A program made the translations under genes and the position numbers. This document shows, one piece after another, positions 63,251-64,000 of a stretch of DNA of 64,000 nucleotides; positions within the stretch are counted from its first letter, which is position 1; the number at the start of each line of letters is the position of its first letter. Under the pieces are notes generated by a model. It was not told the origin of the DNA. It was given only the letters and a program-made list of their open reading frames with translations, and made no database searches. Where the stretch lies: positions 70,308,001 to 70,372,000 of the forward strand of contig OX597820.1 of assembly GCA_951406725.2 (NCBI GenBank), read 5' to 3'. The stretch comes from Octopus vulgaris. Its lineage: Eukaryota.

Positions 63251-63778
63251 TTACAAGCATTTAGTGCATCACTACACGCGTTTCCACAAATCATACGTCT
63301 CTTAAGATCATAGACTTTATTCCTGGGATGATTACAGCGTAGCCAAAATACTGTGGGCATCGGACAGATTATCATCATGGATTTACTTCTTCAGTCAATC
63401 TAACATTAGTGGATGTTTAACTGAGGGTACCCTATCTCTTTTCACAAGTGAGAAGGTTGATTGAGCAATGTGTGTATTTCTATGTGTATTTGGTGGAGAT
63501 GATAGGAAGGTGATGGAAAGAGAGGAACGATTGGTATTTATATAGGGGTGGAGGTATGTGTGTGGTGATGTTAGACTTCTTTTGCTATTCATTTTGTAGA
63601 TGCCACGGATGGCACGTTACTTTAGTATACTCCTTTGTTCTATCTCATTTAATGAATTCTGATGTAAACAGGTTTGTAGGTACAGCCATTACAGCCATCA
63701 TCTTTTAGGGTTTATTGTCTGAAACGATGAATGATACTTTCCTAGGGTGACCTTTGCATTGTTTCTGTTAGTGTAGTG

Positions 63779-64000
63779 TATAACATCCGAAATATTGGGT
63801 TGTTTTTTTTATTTGTTTGTGTTCCTTCCTTGCTCTATAACATGCTAAGGGCGGTTGATGTTATTCCGTTTCAAAATTCGTTTCTAGAATTTGAAAAAAA
63901 TCATTTTGAAACAGAATAGCATCAACCGCCCTTAGCATATTATAGAATAAGAAAGAGACGCACACAAATAAACATACGAACAAATATTTAGGATGCTATA
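63779..64000. repeat. Palindromic fold-back element (about 95-bp arms)
   Basis: ATGCTAAGGGCGGTTGATGTTATTCCGTTTCAAAAT / ATTTTGAAACAGAATAGCATCAACCGCCCTTAGCAT; outer TATAACATCC / GGATGCTATA. Confidence 0.85.

Overview
AT-rich, microsatellite- and SINE-dense eukaryotic genomic DNA; the repeat families suggest a coleoid cephalopod, probably Octopus (inference). Almost all ORFs in the supplied track are simple-repeat or transposon artefacts, and the real genes are spliced. (1) Plus strand, 2186-26008: the last six phase-consistent exons of a PLP-dependent threonine/serine ammonia-lyase (serine-racemase family) with a C-terminal ACT domain. (2) Minus strand, about 61240 to 49055: a multi-exon gene ending in a RIM/Piccolo-type C2B-like domain, with a candidate cassette exon carrying an LC8-type GIQT motif. 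(3) Plus strand, about 41626-53500: a probable decayed type-I membrane receptor gene (TATA box, two UTR exons, signal-peptide exon with a stop, N-glycosylation-rich/FN3-like exons, transmembrane exon), whose 3' exons lie antisense inside introns of gene 2. Repeats include a nearly intact 5'-truncated CR1-type LINE; RTE, L1/Tx1, REL-type (Dong/R4, Hero-like) and Penelope-like remnants; Tc1/pogo DNA transposons; several tRNA-derived SINE families; fold-back elements; and several hammerhead-ribozyme motifs. All calls are from reading by eye; no searches were run.
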